DNA of 64,000 nucleotides from Octopus vulgaris (taxonomy: Eukaryota), in assembly GCA_951406725.2 (NCBI GenBank), contig OX597841.1, positions 2,914,001 to 2,978,000 on the forward strand, written 5' to 3'. Made by a program: the position numbers and the translations under genes. Shown here in pieces: positions 1 to 12,577 of the stretch. The notes beneath the pieces were generated by a model that saw only the letters and a list, made by a program, of their open reading frames with translations, searched no databases and was not told where the DNA came from. The first letter of the stretch is position 1, and each line of letters starts with the position of its first letter.

Positions 1-144
1 GAAAAAGAAAGATCGCCCAAAAGTGTATATAGATATTTAAATGTATTTATATATTCATCTATACACACATGTATGTATAATGTGCATGTATATATTTCCA
101 TAGAGGTAACCATTCAATCCATACAAAGTTTTTTAGGACGAAAA
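1..144. repeat. Partial ~165-bp satellite unit (inverted copy of 27308-27451)
   Basis: Reverse complement of 27308-27451, the first unit of the tandem array at 27308-27983. Confidence 0.85.
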
Positions 145-988
145 TCTTTATATATAAAAGAAAGGTTGTGTGTCTGTCTACTCCGATTTAGATTCCTAAC
201 TACTCCCACATTTTGCGATGCAGTTTAACCAAAACCGGGTATCTTATAGTCGTGATTCATATCGAGCCCTTCTGGGTATTAGCGCGCGTCTACGATGAGT
301 CTACGATTTTACAAATAATTTACCATCATTTTTTTCCATTTTAATGCATATTTTTTTAATAAAGGGAAGTAACTCTCAAACTTCACACCAATATGCGTGC
401 TCATATGCAACGTAATATCACATCAGCAGCATTTCCTCACACCCTCTTTGCACTTGGCGAAGGCAAAATACCAGGGGATGAAACTGGTAATATTGCCATC
501 GATTCCATTTGTACCATTGTTAAGACGCCTTCTGATCTCAGAGATGCAGTGTTCCCAGATCTACAAGCTAATTATCAGAATATGGATCGGATTGGCCAAA
601 GGGCTATTCTGGCCCCGAGGAATAAAACTGTTCACCATATTAATGATGAAATGCTAAAACTCATTCCTAGGGAAGTCAATGTATATCAGTCTATCGATAC
701 AACTCCTGACCCAGAGGACGTCATCAACTGTCCAATAGAGGTACTCAATTAATTTGAGCACCCCGACTACCACCACACTTTCTCAAACTTAAAGTTGGTG
801 CCACTATAATGCTCATCAGATATTTGGTTCCCCCAAAACAAGGCAATGGCACACGTTTGATCGTTAAGTCCTTATCTCCCACCGTAAACTTATATCAATA
901 TTTGCCTGAATAATCATCATAATTCAGTGCAATCATTAACAGTACTTTCAAGCAATTCAGCCCCGAGCAACACCGGGCAATTCTGCTA

Positions 989-989
<1 letters not shown>
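145..989 (+). mobile_element. Non-autonomous Helitron carrying a PIF1-like helicase fragment
   Basis: 5' end A|TCTTTATATATAAAAG at 145. 3' GC hairpin (cccgagcaacaccggg) followed by CTAG|T at 986-990. Internal ORF 393-752 (AILAPRNKTVHHIN...PIEVLN), with downstream frameshifted LKLKVG..IMLIR...NGTRL motifs of RepHel helicase. Confidence 0.85.
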
Positions 990-1079
<90 letters not shown>

Positions 1080-1115
1080 TTATATAAATATATATATATA
1101 TATTTATATATATAC
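990..1115. repeat. (TA)n microsatellite
   Basis: Direct reading. Confidence 0.95.
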
Positions 1116-1186
1116 AATCGGTACTATACTGAAACGTAAAGGGAGATAATGAGACTTTTTTGTCTTGAATAGTTGAGAGAGGAAAT

Positions 1187-1377
1187 ACGCATGCGCGTTG
1201 AAGGTGCTTCCTAATTGGTTTTGATGTTTGGTGAAATGTCCAGTGTGTCAATTTCTTTGAATCAGCTGATTTTTATACCTTTATAATACTTACAATACGT
1301 ATTTATGATGTGTTTCTCAACTGCCAGACACACACGTATATAACAACACTCTCCTTTATGAAGCATTTCCGTAAGTA
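1187..1377 (+). promoter_or_regulatory. Putative promoter motif (ACGCATGCGC, NRF1/Ewg-like), non-coding exon 1 and splice donor of ZNF1
   Basis: Motif at 1187-1196 and donor CC|GTAAGTA at 1371. Matching acceptor (polypyrimidine + TTTCAG) ends at 2644. The same arrangement occurs upstream of all ZNF genes in the window. Confidence 0.6.
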
Positions 1378-2984
1378 TTAAGCAAAGAAATTTTTCATTG
1401 TTTTTAATTCTGTAGACTTTAGGTCTTTGGTGCGTCAATTCTTTGTGTCTTTTCTTACTTTTTATGAATGGGAGATGTCCTTGATTTGTGCCGGATTTGG
1501 CTGCTATTTCAAGCTATGAAAGAGAGCTATCACTGATTTGTGCGGTATTTGGCTGCTATTTCTATCTATGAATGGTAGATGTCCTTGATTTGTGCGTTAT
1601 TTGGCTGCTCTTTCTTGCAATGGACAATACCTTCTGCACGCTCCCTTGTTGCCATGTTAGTTTGTAACATTAACCTTCTGTTGTGTTTTATTTTGAGAAA
1701 TATTTTCTAATACATTCCAACCGCTGAAATGTTCAGAAACCAATCCTTTATCGAACGTTTGTTTCTTGGTATAACTAGAGATGTGCGCCCACCCTGATAG
1801 CAATTTGTTTTCTCATAACTAACAATGGATAACTTTAAATAGAAATTTCTGAAAATACTTTTCAGATTATGTAGATCAGTGGTTTCCAAACTCTTTTACA
1901 CCACAGACTGACTTCAAACTCGACAATCTCTCCGCGGACATACGTGTAATTTGAGTGCATTTCGATCAAAAGAGCAATTTATTAAAGGGAGTAAAAAGGG
2001 TTCACCTTCAGTGTTTGACTCGAGCAAAAAAATGAAAATAAAAAAATAGTGTAATAGGTGTAAAAACGTAGTAAACGAATATGAAATTAGAAAATGCGCG
2101 CTGGTGAACGGGAGGGGTGAGGAGACGACTCGGAAAATTCACATCGGGAATGTTCCGAGTCCTCTCGCCACTTCCCCATTCGTCGGCGCAATTTCTTTTC
2201 TTTGTATTATTTTACGCCTAGTACACTATTGTTTCTTTTTTTTTTGTGACGGAGGGTTGGGGTCCAACTCGGATAAGGTGCGCTGACGAATGGTGGGGCG
2301 GAAAGGACTCGGAAACTTCATACGATCAAACTCACAGGATCTAAAAACCCAATGTTAATACCCGATCATAAAAAAGAGGGAAAAAATAGTGTAAAAAGCC
2401 TGTTGCTATATCCGTGAGATCTGTGATCTGTCTCATTGCTATGCCTGTTCTATGCATTGATAACACCTCAACATCTATCTTGTTAACCAAGCTCCTATTT
2501 TCTAATTGAGCATATTAATAGAGTACTCATCAGGTTTTCTCTCCTTTACTTCCTGCCATTGTTCATCTATCTGCTCCCCTATGTTAAATACCAGCTGAAT
2601 CTGTCGCCTCTACATCTTACACTGCTCTTTCTTTATCATTTCAGAACATCAGATGACACTGGCATAACAGAAGAAACATCCTCAATACCTACCACGTTTT
2701 AAGGACTAAAGGAAAATATTATACAAAATAGATGTATCAGATTGTTTCTACAATTCTGAGATAGAGGCCCTGTAAAACATTTACTCTGAGCTGGTATCAT
2801 TAACCAAATTTCTGGACATCACTGACTGGAGTATCAAGAAAGGAGCTTGTATGCTGATTAAACTTGGATAAGTGTATCTAAGTGTTGCTAGACAAAAGTA
2901 ACACTGAGCACAGATAGAAAAGTAGAAGTTTATGTAAGGAATAAAAAGGAAGAAAAATTGATACGTTGTAATTTGCAGGGGAAA

Positions 2985-5252
2985 ATGATGGAAAAGAGTG
3001 AAAAAGTTGAAGAACTGATTTCATCTCAACACGTAAAAGAGATGAGAAAATTGTCGTATGACTGTGACATTTGTAAAAAGGTCTTCTCCCTAAAATGTAA
3101 CCTAATTTCCCACAGACGTATTCATACAGGGGAAAAACCATATCAGTGTGAGATCTGTGGTAAATCATTCTCCGACCAAAGTGCCTTGACTTCACATGAA
3201 GGTCTTCACACAAAGAAAAAGCCATATCACTGTGATGTCTGTGGTAAATCATTCTCTGTAAGTAGTGTGTTAACTAGACACAAGCGTATTCATACTGGAG
3301 AGCAACCATATCACTGTGATGTCTGTGGTAAATCATTTTCTCAAAGTTGTAATTTATCTGCACACAAGCGTATTCATACAGGAGAGAAACCATATCATTG
3401 TGATATCTGTGGTTCATCATTCTCTCAGAGTTATTGCTTAACTACACATATACGTATTCATACAGGTGAGAAGCCATATCGTTGTGATATCTGTGGTAAA
3501 TCATTCTCTGTAAGTAGGGTGTTAACTAGACACAAGCGTATTCATACAGGAGAGACACCATATCAATGTGAGATCTGTGGTAAATCATTCTCTGACCAAA
3601 GTGCCTTAATTGTACACAAACGTCTTCATACAGGAGAAAAGCCATATCACTGTGATGTCTGTGGTAAATCATTTTCTCAAAGTTGTAATTTATCTGCACA
3701 CAAGTGTATTCATACAGGGGAGAAACCATATCATTGTGATATTTGTGGTTCATATTTCTCTGCTAGTAATGACTTGATGATACACAAACGTATTCATACA
3801 GGAGAGAAACCATATCATTGTAACATCTGTGGTTCATCATTCTCTCGGAGTTATTGCTTAACTACACACATACGTACTCATACAGGTGAGAAGCCATATC
3901 GTTGTGATATCTGTGGTAAATCGTTCTCTAGTAACCATCAATTAACTATACACAAACGTTTTCATACAGATGAAAAACCATATCATTGTGATATCTGTGG
4001 CAAATCATACACTGTAAGTAGTGTGTTAACTAGACACAAGCGTATTCATACAGGAGAGAAACCATATCATTGTAGCATCTGTGGTTCATCATTCTCTCGG
4101 AGTTATTGCTTAACTACACACATCCGTATTCATACAGGTGCGAAGCCATATCGTTGTGATATATGTGGCAAATCATTCTCTGTAAGTAGTGTGTTAACTA
4201 GACACAAGCGTATTCATACAAGAGAAAAGCCATATCACTGTGATATCTGTGGCAAATCATTCTCTCACAACTATCATTTAACTGCGCACAAACGTATTCA
4301 TACAGGAGAGAAACCATATCATTGTGATATTTGTGGTAAATCATTCTCTTCAAATAGTGAGTTAGTGCAACACAAACGAATTCATACAGGAGAGAAACCA
4401 TATCGTTGTGATATCTGTGGTTCATCATTTTCTCAGAGTTATCACTTAACTAATCACAGGCGTATTCATACAGGAGAGAAACCGTATCACTGTGATATCT
4501 GTGGTAAATCATTCTCTCGTAATAATGCTTTAACTACGCACAAACGTATTCATACAGGAGAGAAACCGTATCACTGTGAGAACTGTGGTAAATCATTCTC
4601 TGAAAGTAGATTGTTAAGTAGACACAAGCGTATTCATACAGGAGAGACACCATATCACTGTGATATCTGTGGCAAATCATTCTCTGAAAGTCATGCCTTA
4701 ACTATACATAAGCATATTCATAGACCAGGGAAACCTTATCTCTGTGATATCTGTGGTAAATCATTCTCTCACAAAGGTGGCTTAGCAAATCACAGATATA
4801 TTCATACTGGAGAAAAACCATATCATTGTGATATCTGTGGTAAATCATTCTCTCAAAATAGTACCTTAACTAAACATAAACGTATTCATACAGGAGAGAA
4901 ACCGTATCATTGTAATATCTGTGGTGAATCATTCTCTGAGAATCGTATCTTTACTGCGCATAAACGTATTCATACAGGAGAGAAGCCATTTCACTGTGAT
5001 ATCTGTGGTAAATCATTTGCTCAAAATAGTACCTTAATTTCACATAAACATGTTCATACAGGAGAGAAGCCATATCACTGTGATATTTGTGGTAAATCAT
5101 TCTCTGGCAAAAAAAGGCTTAACAAAGCACAAATATATTCATATAGGGAAGAAAGGAAAAGGGTAGTTTCTAGTTTACTATATATTTATAATATTCCTCT
5201 GATTTATACAATGGAAGTTTCCAAAACTTTTAGATTTTTTTTGTTTTTGTAA
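2985..5252 (+). CDS. ZNF1: poly-C2H2 zinc-finger protein, ~25 fingers (last one frameshifted)
   Basis: ORF 2958-5252, first ATG 2985 ([10 protein letters not shown]), 28-aa periodic CxxC..HxxxH with TGEKPY linkers. An A7 run at ~5109-5115 shifts the frame relative to the paralog end HIGKKGKG*. Confidence 0.9.
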   Translation: MMEKSEKVEELISSQHVKEMRKLSYDCDICKKVFSLKCNLISHRRIHTGEKPYQCEICGKSFSDQSALTSHEGLHTKKKPYHCDVCGKSFSVSSVLTRHKRIHTGEQPYHCDVCGKSFSQSCNLSAHKRIHTGEKPYHCDICGSSFSQSYCLTTHIRIHTGEKPYRCDICGKSFSVSRVLTRHKRIHTGETPYQCEICGKSFSDQSALIVHKRLHTGEKPYHCDVCGKSFSQSCNLSAHKCIHTGEKPYHCDICGSYFSASNDLMIHKRIHTGEKPYHCNICGSSFSRSYCLTTHIRTHTGEKPYRCDICGKSFSSNHQLTIHKRFHTDEKPYHCDICGKSYTVSSVLTRHKRIHTGEKPYHCSICGSSFSRSYCLTTHIRIHTGAKPYRCDICGKSFSVSSVLTRHKRIHTREKPYHCDICGKSFSHNYHLTAHKRIHTGEKPYHCDICGKSFSSNSELVQHKRIHTGEKPYRCDICGSSFSQSYHLTNHRRIHTGEKPYHCDICGKSFSRNNALTTHKRIHTGEKPYHCENCGKSFSESRLLSRHKRIHTGETPYHCDICGKSFSESHALTIHKHIHRPGKPYLCDICGKSFSHKGGLANHRYIHTGEKPYHCDICGKSFSQNSTLTKHKRIHTGEKPYHCNICGESFSENRIFTAHKRIHTGEKPFHCDICGKSFAQNSTLISHKHVHTGEKPYHCDICGKSFSGKKRLNKAQIYSYREERKRVVSSLLYIYNIPLIYTMEVSKTFRFFLFL

Positions 5253-5699
5253 TTTTCACATTTTATTCCATGGTGTAAGGAACTCTGTACCAAAACTCTT
5301 CCCCCTCCTGTCAACCCATCACATAATTCTTTATTGAATTACGCATCCTCACATTTTGTTCATTGTTTATCTTTTAAATGCTTCACTCAATAAATATGTT
5401 ATACAATAACTTACTTTATGGCTTTTTCATGACTAGAAATATTGTAATCCCTTGCCATATCGGGGTTCACCTATGGCGGTTCATTATTTAAGCTTATGTC
5501 AATTCCTCTGGGGTGTTGTGTTGCATTTATAATAAAATAAATATATACAAATTATAAAAATAATAATAAAAAAAATATACAATACAGTATGTTTCTACTT
5601 TGCATATTTTCACTCATCATGGGGTTTTGGGATGTAACACCTGCGATAGTCGATGGATTACTGTATGTAGACAAATAATAACCTAAGTACAAAACGAGA

Positions 5700-5797
5700 G
5701 ACCATATTGTGCCATCTGATTACCACTTGTTCTTGTCTCTACAGAACTCATTGCAAAGAAAAACATTAAATGATTTAGATGGAGTCAGAATGCATCT
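5700..5797 (+). mobile_element. mariner transposase relic (PSDYHLF motif)
   Basis: Translates [22 protein letters not shown], matching the mariner (YSPDL)APSDYHLF motif. Repeated in each duplicated flank, e.g. in ORF 21566-21853. Confidence 0.65.
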
Positions 5798-6189
5798 GTT
5801 TCAAGCATTTGACTGCGGCCATGCTGGAGCACTGCCTTTAGTCAAGCAAATTGACCCCAGAACTTATTCTTTGTAAGCCTTGTACTTATCCTATCGGTCT
5901 CTTTTGCAGAAGTGCTAAGTGACGGGGACGTAAACTCACCAGCATCTATTTTCAAGCAATGCTAGGGGGACAGACACAGACACACAAACATACACAAACA
6001 CACATATATATATATACATATATACGACGGGCTTCTTTCAGTTTCCGTCTACCAAATCCACTCACAAGGCTTTGGTCGGCCCAAGGCTATAGTAGAAGAC
6101 ACTTGCCCAAGATGCCACGAAGTGAGACTGAACCTGGAACCATGTGGTTAGTAAGCAAGCTACTTACCACACATTCACTCCTACACCTA
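5797..6189 (-). mobile_element. tRNA-derived SINE family A
   Basis: Minus-strand head aggtgtaggagt..tgtgtggtaagtagc with B-box GGTTCAGTC, CORE-like cttgggcaagtgtctt and an internal TA/CA tract. Many copies in the window. Confidence 0.8.
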
Positions 6190-6229
6190 GGTAAGATACC
6201 TTTTATTCAAAACCAGTCAAAGAAACATT

Positions 6230-6360
6230 TGGTCTGGCATGTTCTTGTTGGAACACTACCCACTTTCCTGTTGGGAATGTTGACCCTCAATTCTTTGAAT
6301 CTTTGGTTGAAATTAGCCAGCTGATAACAGTATTCATAAGAACTAATGGTCTGGCTGTAT
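6230..6360 (-). mobile_element. mariner transposase relic (QTI..YC.QL..NRKGVVF..ARP region)
   Basis: Translates YSQTISSYEYCxQLANFNQRFKELRVNIPNRK then, after a frameshift, VVFQQEHARP, resembling the segment around the mariner HDNARPH motif. Confidence 0.6.
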
Positions 6361-6425
6361 TGAGAAAATTCTATAGTTTGTAAGATATTTGTTATTTTTT
6401 TTCTTCAATTTCGGCAATTTTAACC

Positions 6426-6847
6426 AGATCTTTTCGGTTTCAACGGCAGTTTTTTCTAGACGTGCCATATGAAATTGTCACCCATAATTATGACCCTAGT
6501 ATCGATCTATTGCATTTCAATCTGTTTTAGGGTTACATTTAGCTAGGGGTGGAGGGAAGGGTATCTTTTTTTCTTCACAAAGATAAATAAACCCAATCTG
6601 TTTCTAAAACGAGGGACATATTCATACGACACAGAAAGTTTTTACTTCAATGGACGTCATTGATTGGTTGAAATTGCAGAAATTGAAGAAAAAAGAACAA
6701 CAAATATCTTAGAAACTATAGAATTTTCTGAATAAAGCCAAGAGAAAAAGATGTTTTATAAACAAATTCTACCAGTATACGAAGGTTAAAAGTGTTTAGT
6801 TACGTGGAAATTATATTAAAAAAGTGCCGGTCAAACCGAAAAGCTCC
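6426..6847. mobile_element. ~420-bp MITE (TIR GGATCTTTTCGGTTTGAACGGCAGTTTTT-like)
   Basis: ~28-bp imperfect terminal inverted repeats. Copies at 20607-21028, 34248-34668, 38082-38504, 43234-43654, 47061-47483, 52055-52474, 57774-58200. Confidence 0.75.
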
Positions 6848-6966
6848 TAAATGAGTTGTAATGGAACCCGTGTGTTAGATAAGAAGGCGGTATGACTCGA
6901 CCAGAGAGAAAAGTACATCAGCTGCATAAAGGGAGATAAACAAGGGAAATAGTTGAGAGAGGAAGT

Positions 6967-7130
6967 ACGCATGCGCGTTGAATGCATTTTGGTATCTTAT
7001 TAAATGTCTTGATCCCTGAATTTCTTTTAAATCAGCTGATAATGCTTATTATACGGTCTTATAATGCATTCCTCAACTACCAGAAACACACATACATAAC
7101 ACTATCCTTTGTTAAACATTTCCGTAAGTA
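6967..7130 (+). promoter_or_regulatory. Promoter motif, exon 1 and donor of ZNF2
   Basis: ACGCATGCGC at 6967, donor GT at 7124, acceptor AG ends 8563. Confidence 0.6.
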
Positions 7131-7207
7131 TTAATGAAATTATTCAATGTTTTTAAGTCTGTAGACGTTTGGTTTTTCGCCTGTCGATTATTTGTTTCGC
7201 TTCCAGG

Positions 7208-7392
7208 TTCGAGATTTGGCTGCTATTTCTAGCTTTTAAAGAGAGTTATCACTGATTTTTTGGAGATTTGGCTGCTATTTCTAGCTATGAAAGAGAGTAG
7301 TCACTGATTTGTTCGAGATTTGGCTGCTATTTCTAGCTATGAAAGAGAGTTATCACGGATTTGTTCGAGATTTGGCTGCTATTTCTAGCTAT
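7208..7392. repeat. 52-bp intronic minisatellite, ~4 units
   Basis: Repeated GATTTGGCTGCTATTTCTAGCT core with ~30-bp spacer. Confidence 0.9.
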
Positions 7393-7665
7393 GGACGATA
7401 CCTTCTGCACGTTCCCTTGTTGCCATGTTATTTTGTGACATTAACCCTCTGTTGTGTTTTATTTTGAGAAATATTTTCTAATACATTCCAACCGCTGAAA
7501 TGTTCAGAAACCAATCCTTTATCGAACGTTTGTTTCTTGGTATAACTAGAGATGTGCGCCCACCCTGATAGCAATTTGTTTTCTCATAACTAACAATGGA
7601 TAACTTTAAATAGAAATTTCTGAAAATACTTTTCAGATTATGTAGATCAGTGGTTTCCAAACTCT

Positions 7666-7823
7666 ACACTCCCGGAGTGGTTGACGTTAGGAAGGGCATC
7701 CAGCTGTAGAAACATTGCCAGGTAAGACCGGAGCCTGGTGCAGCCTCTGGCTTTCCAGATCCCCGGTCGAACCGTCCAACCCATGCTAGCATGGAGAACG
7801 GACGTCAAACGATGATGATGACG
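7666..7823 (+). mobile_element. 5'-truncated retroposon 3' end with (GAT)n tail
   Basis: Ends ggacgtcaaacgatgatgatga. Absent at the paralogous sites ~1895 and ~25635. Copies at ~11336-11494, 19369-19528, 36551-36709, 45531-45689. Confidence 0.7.
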
Positions 7824-8904
7824 ACCACAGACTGACTTAATCCTCGACAATCTATCCAAGGACATACGTGTAATTTGAGTGCATTTCGATAAAAAGAGCA
7901 ATTTATTAAAGGGAGTAAAAAGGGTTCACCTTCAGTGTTTGACTCGAGCAAAAAAATGGAAAAAAAAAATAGTGTAATAGGTGTAAAAAGGTAGTAAACG
8001 AATTTGAAAAAAAAATGCGCGCCGGCGAACGGGAGGGGTGAGGAGACGACTCGGAAAATTCACATCGGGAATGTTCCAAGTCCTCTCGCCACTTCCCCAT
8101 TCGTCGGCGCAATTTCTTTTCTTTGTATTATTTTACGCCTAGTACACTATTGTTTTTTTTTTTTTGTGACGGAGGGTTGGGGTCCAACTCGGATAAGGTG
8201 CGCTGGTGAATGGTGGGGCGGAGAGGACTCGGAAAATTCATACGATCAAACTCACAGGATCCAAAAACCCAATGTTAACACCCGATCATAAAAAAGAGGG
8301 AAAAATAGTGTAAAAAGCCTGTTGCTATATCTGTGAGATCTCTGATCTGTCTCATTGTCATGCCTGTTCTATGCATTGATAACACCTCAACATCTATCTT
8401 GTTAACCAAGCTCCTATTTTCTAATTGAGCATATTAATAGAGTACTGATAAGGTTTTCTCTCCTTTACTTCCTGCCATTGTTCATCTATCTGCTCCCCTA
8501 TGTTAAATACCAGCTGAATCTGTCGCCTCTACATCTTACACTGCTCTTTCTATATCATTTCAGAACATCAGATGACACTGGCATAACAGAAGAAACATCC
8601 TCAATACCTACCACGTTTTAAGGACTAAAGGAAAATATTATACAAAATAGATGTATCAGATTGTTTCTACAATTCTGAGATAGAGGCCCTGTAAAACATT
8701 TCCTCTGAGCTGGTATCATTAACCAAGTTTCTGAACATCACTGACTGGAGTATGAAGAAGAGGAGCTTGTATGCTGATTAAACTTGGATAAGTGTATCTA
8801 AGTGTTGCTAGACAAAAGTAACACTGAGCACAGATAGAAAAGTAGGAGTTTATGTAAGGAATAAAAAGGAAGAAAAATTTATACATTGTGATTTGCAGGG
8901 GAAA

Positions 8905-9912
8905 ATGATGGAAAAGAGTGAAAAAGTTGAAGAACTGATTTCATCTGAACACATAAAAGAGATGAGAAAATTGTCGTATGACTGTGACATTTGTAAAAAG
9001 GTCTTCTCCCTAAAATGTAACCTAATTTCCCACAGACGTATTCATACAGGGGAAAAACCATATCAGTGTGAGATCTGTGGTAAATCATTCTCTGACCAAA
9101 GTGCCTTGACTTCACATGAAGGTCTTCACACAAAGAAAAAGCCTTATCACTGTGATGTCTGTGGTAAGTCATTTTCTCAAAGTTGTAATTTATCTGCACA
9201 CAAGCGTATTCATACAGGAGAGAAACCATATCATTGTAACATCTGTGGTTCATCATTCTCTCGGAGTTATTGCTTAACTACACACATACGTATTCATACA
9301 GGTGAGAAGCCATATCGTTGTGGTATCTGTGGTAAATCGTTCTCTCGTAATCATCAATTAACCATACACAAACATTTTCATACAGATGAAAAACCATATC
9401 ACTGTGAGATCTGTGGTAAATCATTCTCTGTAAGTAGTTCGTTAACTAGACACAAGCGTATTCATACAGGAGAGAAACCATATCACTGTGAGATCTGTGG
9501 TAAATCATTCTCTGACCAAAGTGCCTTAATTGTACACAAACGTCTTCATACAGGAGAAAAGCCATACTGTTGTGATATCTGTGGTTTATCATTTTCTCAG
9601 AGTTATCACTTAACTACTCACAGGCATATTCATACAGGAGAGAAGCCTTATCAGTGTGATATCTGTGGTAAATCATTCTCTCGTAATCATGATGTAACTA
9701 TACATAAACATATTCACACAGGAGACAAACCTTATCATTGTGATATCTGTGGTAAATCCTTCTCTCGTAATAACAACTTAACTAAACACAAACGTATTCA
9801 TGTAGGAGAGACAGCATATCACTGTGGTATGTGTAGAAAATCATTTTCTGACCGTAGTTCCTGGGCTTCACACAAACATCTTCATACAAAGGAGAATCCA
9901 TATCACTCATGA
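8905..9912 (+). CDS. ZNF2: C2H2 zinc-finger protein, 11 fingers
   Basis: ORF 8893-9912, ATG 8905, ends HTKENPYHS*, with a degenerate 12th finger after the stop. Confidence 0.9.
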   Translation: MMEKSEKVEELISSEHIKEMRKLSYDCDICKKVFSLKCNLISHRRIHTGEKPYQCEICGKSFSDQSALTSHEGLHTKKKPYHCDVCGKSFSQSCNLSAHKRIHTGEKPYHCNICGSSFSRSYCLTTHIRIHTGEKPYRCGICGKSFSRNHQLTIHKHFHTDEKPYHCEICGKSFSVSSSLTRHKRIHTGEKPYHCEICGKSFSDQSALIVHKRLHTGEKPYCCDICGLSFSQSYHLTTHRHIHTGEKPYQCDICGKSFSRNHDVTIHKHIHTGDKPYHCDICGKSFSRNNNLTKHKRIHVGETAYHCGMCRKSFSDRSSWASHKHLHTKENPYHS

Positions 9913-10157
9913 CTGGTAAATTATTCTCTCAAAATAGTGTTTTAATGAAACACAATATTTTTACAGGAGACAAAGCAAGAGAATAGTTTCCTATTTGTTA
10001 CGTACCTTTAACATTGCACCTCCACACACACACACACATATATATATATCTAGTTTCAGAGTTGTTAAAAGCGCTTATATGAAGAAATAATATGGGATAT
10101 GTAAATAAATATATATTTTTACAACCATCCAGCATTCTGAACATCTTTTTTCTTTCA

Positions 10158-10162
10158 TATGC

Positions 10163-10194
<32 letters not shown>

Positions 10195-10485
10195 ATATAT
10201 ATGTGTACGTATATATATGTATATATATATATAGCTATATATAAATGTATATATATGTGTGTGTGTGTGTATATATATGTGTGTGTGTGTGTGTATATGT
10301 ATATATATATATATGTATGTATATACATATATATTTATATATATGTATATATATGTATTTATATATATAGATATATATGTATATATATGTGTGTGTGTAT
10401 GTATATATGTGTGTGTGTGTGTGTATGTATATATATGTGTGTGTGTATGTATATGCATGTATTTATATATCTATATATATTATAT
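10158..10485. repeat. Compound (TA)/(TG) microsatellite
   Basis: Direct reading. Confidence 0.95.
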
Positions 10486-10680
10486 TCCTGAGCCCCATAC
10501 TAATACAATTGTTTGTTTGTACTCCACCTGCCTTCGTCTTTTGTTTATTTTCATGAAGCACCCCGTTATATATATATGTGTATAAATAGTTACATGTATA
10601 TATATACTTAATCTGTACTATACTGAAACGTAAAGGGAGATAAGTAGACTTTGTTGTCTTGAATAGTTGAGAGAGGAAAT

Positions 10681-10871
10681 ACGCATGCGTGTTGAAGGTG
10701 CTTCCTAATTGGTTTTGATGTTTGGTGAAATGTCCAGTGTGTCAATTTCTTTGGATCAGCTGATTTTTATACCTTTATAATACTTACAATACGTATTTAT
10801 GATGTGTTTCTCAACTGCCAGACACACACGTATATAACAACACTATCCTTTATGAAGCATTTCCGTAAGTA
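10681..10871 (+). promoter_or_regulatory. Promoter motif, exon 1 and donor of ZNF3
   Basis: ACGCATGCGT at 10681, donor GT at 10865, acceptor AG ends 12236. Confidence 0.6.
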
Positions 10872-12577
10872 TTAAGCAAACAAAATTTTCATTGTTTTTA
10901 ATTCTGTAGACTTTCGGTCTTTGGCGCGTCGATTCTTTGTGTCTTTTCTTACTGTTTATGAATGGGAGATGTCCTTGATTTGTGCCGGATTTGGCTGCTA
11001 TTTCTAGCTATGGAAGAGAGATTCTATGATACATGCGTGATTTGGCTGCTATTTCCAGCTATGGACAATACCTTCTGCACACTCCCTTGTTGCCATGTTA
11101 GTTTGTAACATTAACCTTCTGTTGTGTTTTATTTTGAGAAATATTTTCTAATATCTTCCAACCGCTGAAATGTTCAGAAACCAATCCTTTATCGAACGTT
11201 TGTTTCTTGGTATAACTAGAGATGTGCGCCCACCCTGATAGCAATTTGTTTTCTCATAACTAACAATGGATAACTTTAGATAGAAATTTCTGAAAATACT
11301 TTTCAGATTATGTAGATCAGTGGTTTCCAAACTCTACACTCCCGGAGTGGTTGGCGTTAGGAAGGGCATCCAGCTGTAGAAACATTGCCAGGTAAGACCG
11401 GAGCCTGGTGCAGCCTTCTGGCTTCCCAGATCCCCGGTCGAACCGTCCAACCCATGCTAGCATGGAGAACGGACGTTAAACGATGATGATGACGACCACA
11501 GACTGACTTCATCCTCGACAATCTATCCGAGGACATACGTGTAATTTGAGTGCATTTCGATAAAAAGAGCAATTTATTAAAGGGAGTAAAAAGGGATCAC
11601 CTTCAGTGTTTGACTCGAGCAAAAAAATGGAAAAAAAAATTAGTTTAATAGGTGTAAAAACGTAGGAAACGAAAATGAAAAAAAAATGCGCGCCGGCGAA
11701 CGGGAGGGGTGAAGAGACGACTCGGAAAATTCACATCAGGAATGTTCCGAGTCCACTCGCCACTTCCCCATTCGTTAGCGCAATTTATTTTCTTCATATT
11801 ATTTTACGCCTAGTACACTATAGTTTTTTTTTTTTTTGTGACGGAGGGTTGGGGTCCAACTCGGATAAGGTGCGCTGGCGAATATTGGGGCGGAGAGGGC
11901 TCGGAAAATTCATACGATCAAACTCACAGGATCCAAAAACCCAATGTTAACACCCGATCATAAAAAAGGGGGAAAAAATAGTGTAAAAAGCCTGTTGCTA
12001 TATCCGTGAGATCTGTGATCTGTCTCATTGTCATGCCTGTTCTATGCATTGATAACACCTCAACATCTATCTTGTTAACCAAGCTCCTATTTTCTAATTG
12101 AGCATATTAATTGAGTACTGATAAGGTTTTCTCTCCTTTACTTCCTGCCATTGTTCATCTATCTGCTCCCCTATGTTAAATACCAGCTGAATCTGTAGCC
12201 TCTACATCTTACACTCCTCTTTCTATATCATTTCAGAACATCAGATGACACTGGCATAACAGAAGAAACATCCTCAATACCTCCCACGTTTTAAGGACTA
12301 AAGGAAAATATTATACAAAATAGATGTATCAGATTGTTTCTACAATTCTGAGATAGGGGCCCTGTAAAACATTTACTCTGAGCTGGTATCATTAACCAAA
12401 TTTCTGGACATCACTGACTGGAGTATGAAGAAGAGGAGCTTGTATGCTGATTAAACTTGGATAAGTGTATCTAAGTGTTGCTAGACAAAAGTAACACTGA
12501 GCACAAATAGAAAAGTAGAAGTTTATGTAAGGAATAAAAAGGAAGAAAAATTTATACGTTGTGATTTGCAGGGGAAA

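Noticed and set aside
393-752. Host PIF1 helicase gene
   Set aside because: Short, frameshifted and enclosed by Helitron termini.
1707-1889. 60-aa ORF METTDLH... repeated seven times almost unchanged
   Set aside because: TTG start, antisense in the intron. Identity reflects recent duplication, and it is deleted in ZNF6-8 and not intact in ZNF9.
1877-1900. hAT/Charlie-like terminus CAGTGGTTTCCAAACT in the intron
   Set aside because: No matching second TIR or TSD found, so too weak to call.
5959-6324. Recurrent ORFs containing RLPNPLTRLWSA
   Set aside because: Antisense translation of SINE family A.
10075-10585. YI/CV/HT-rich ORFs (also 895-1251, 17076-17286, 28027-28314)
   Set aside because: Microsatellite translations.
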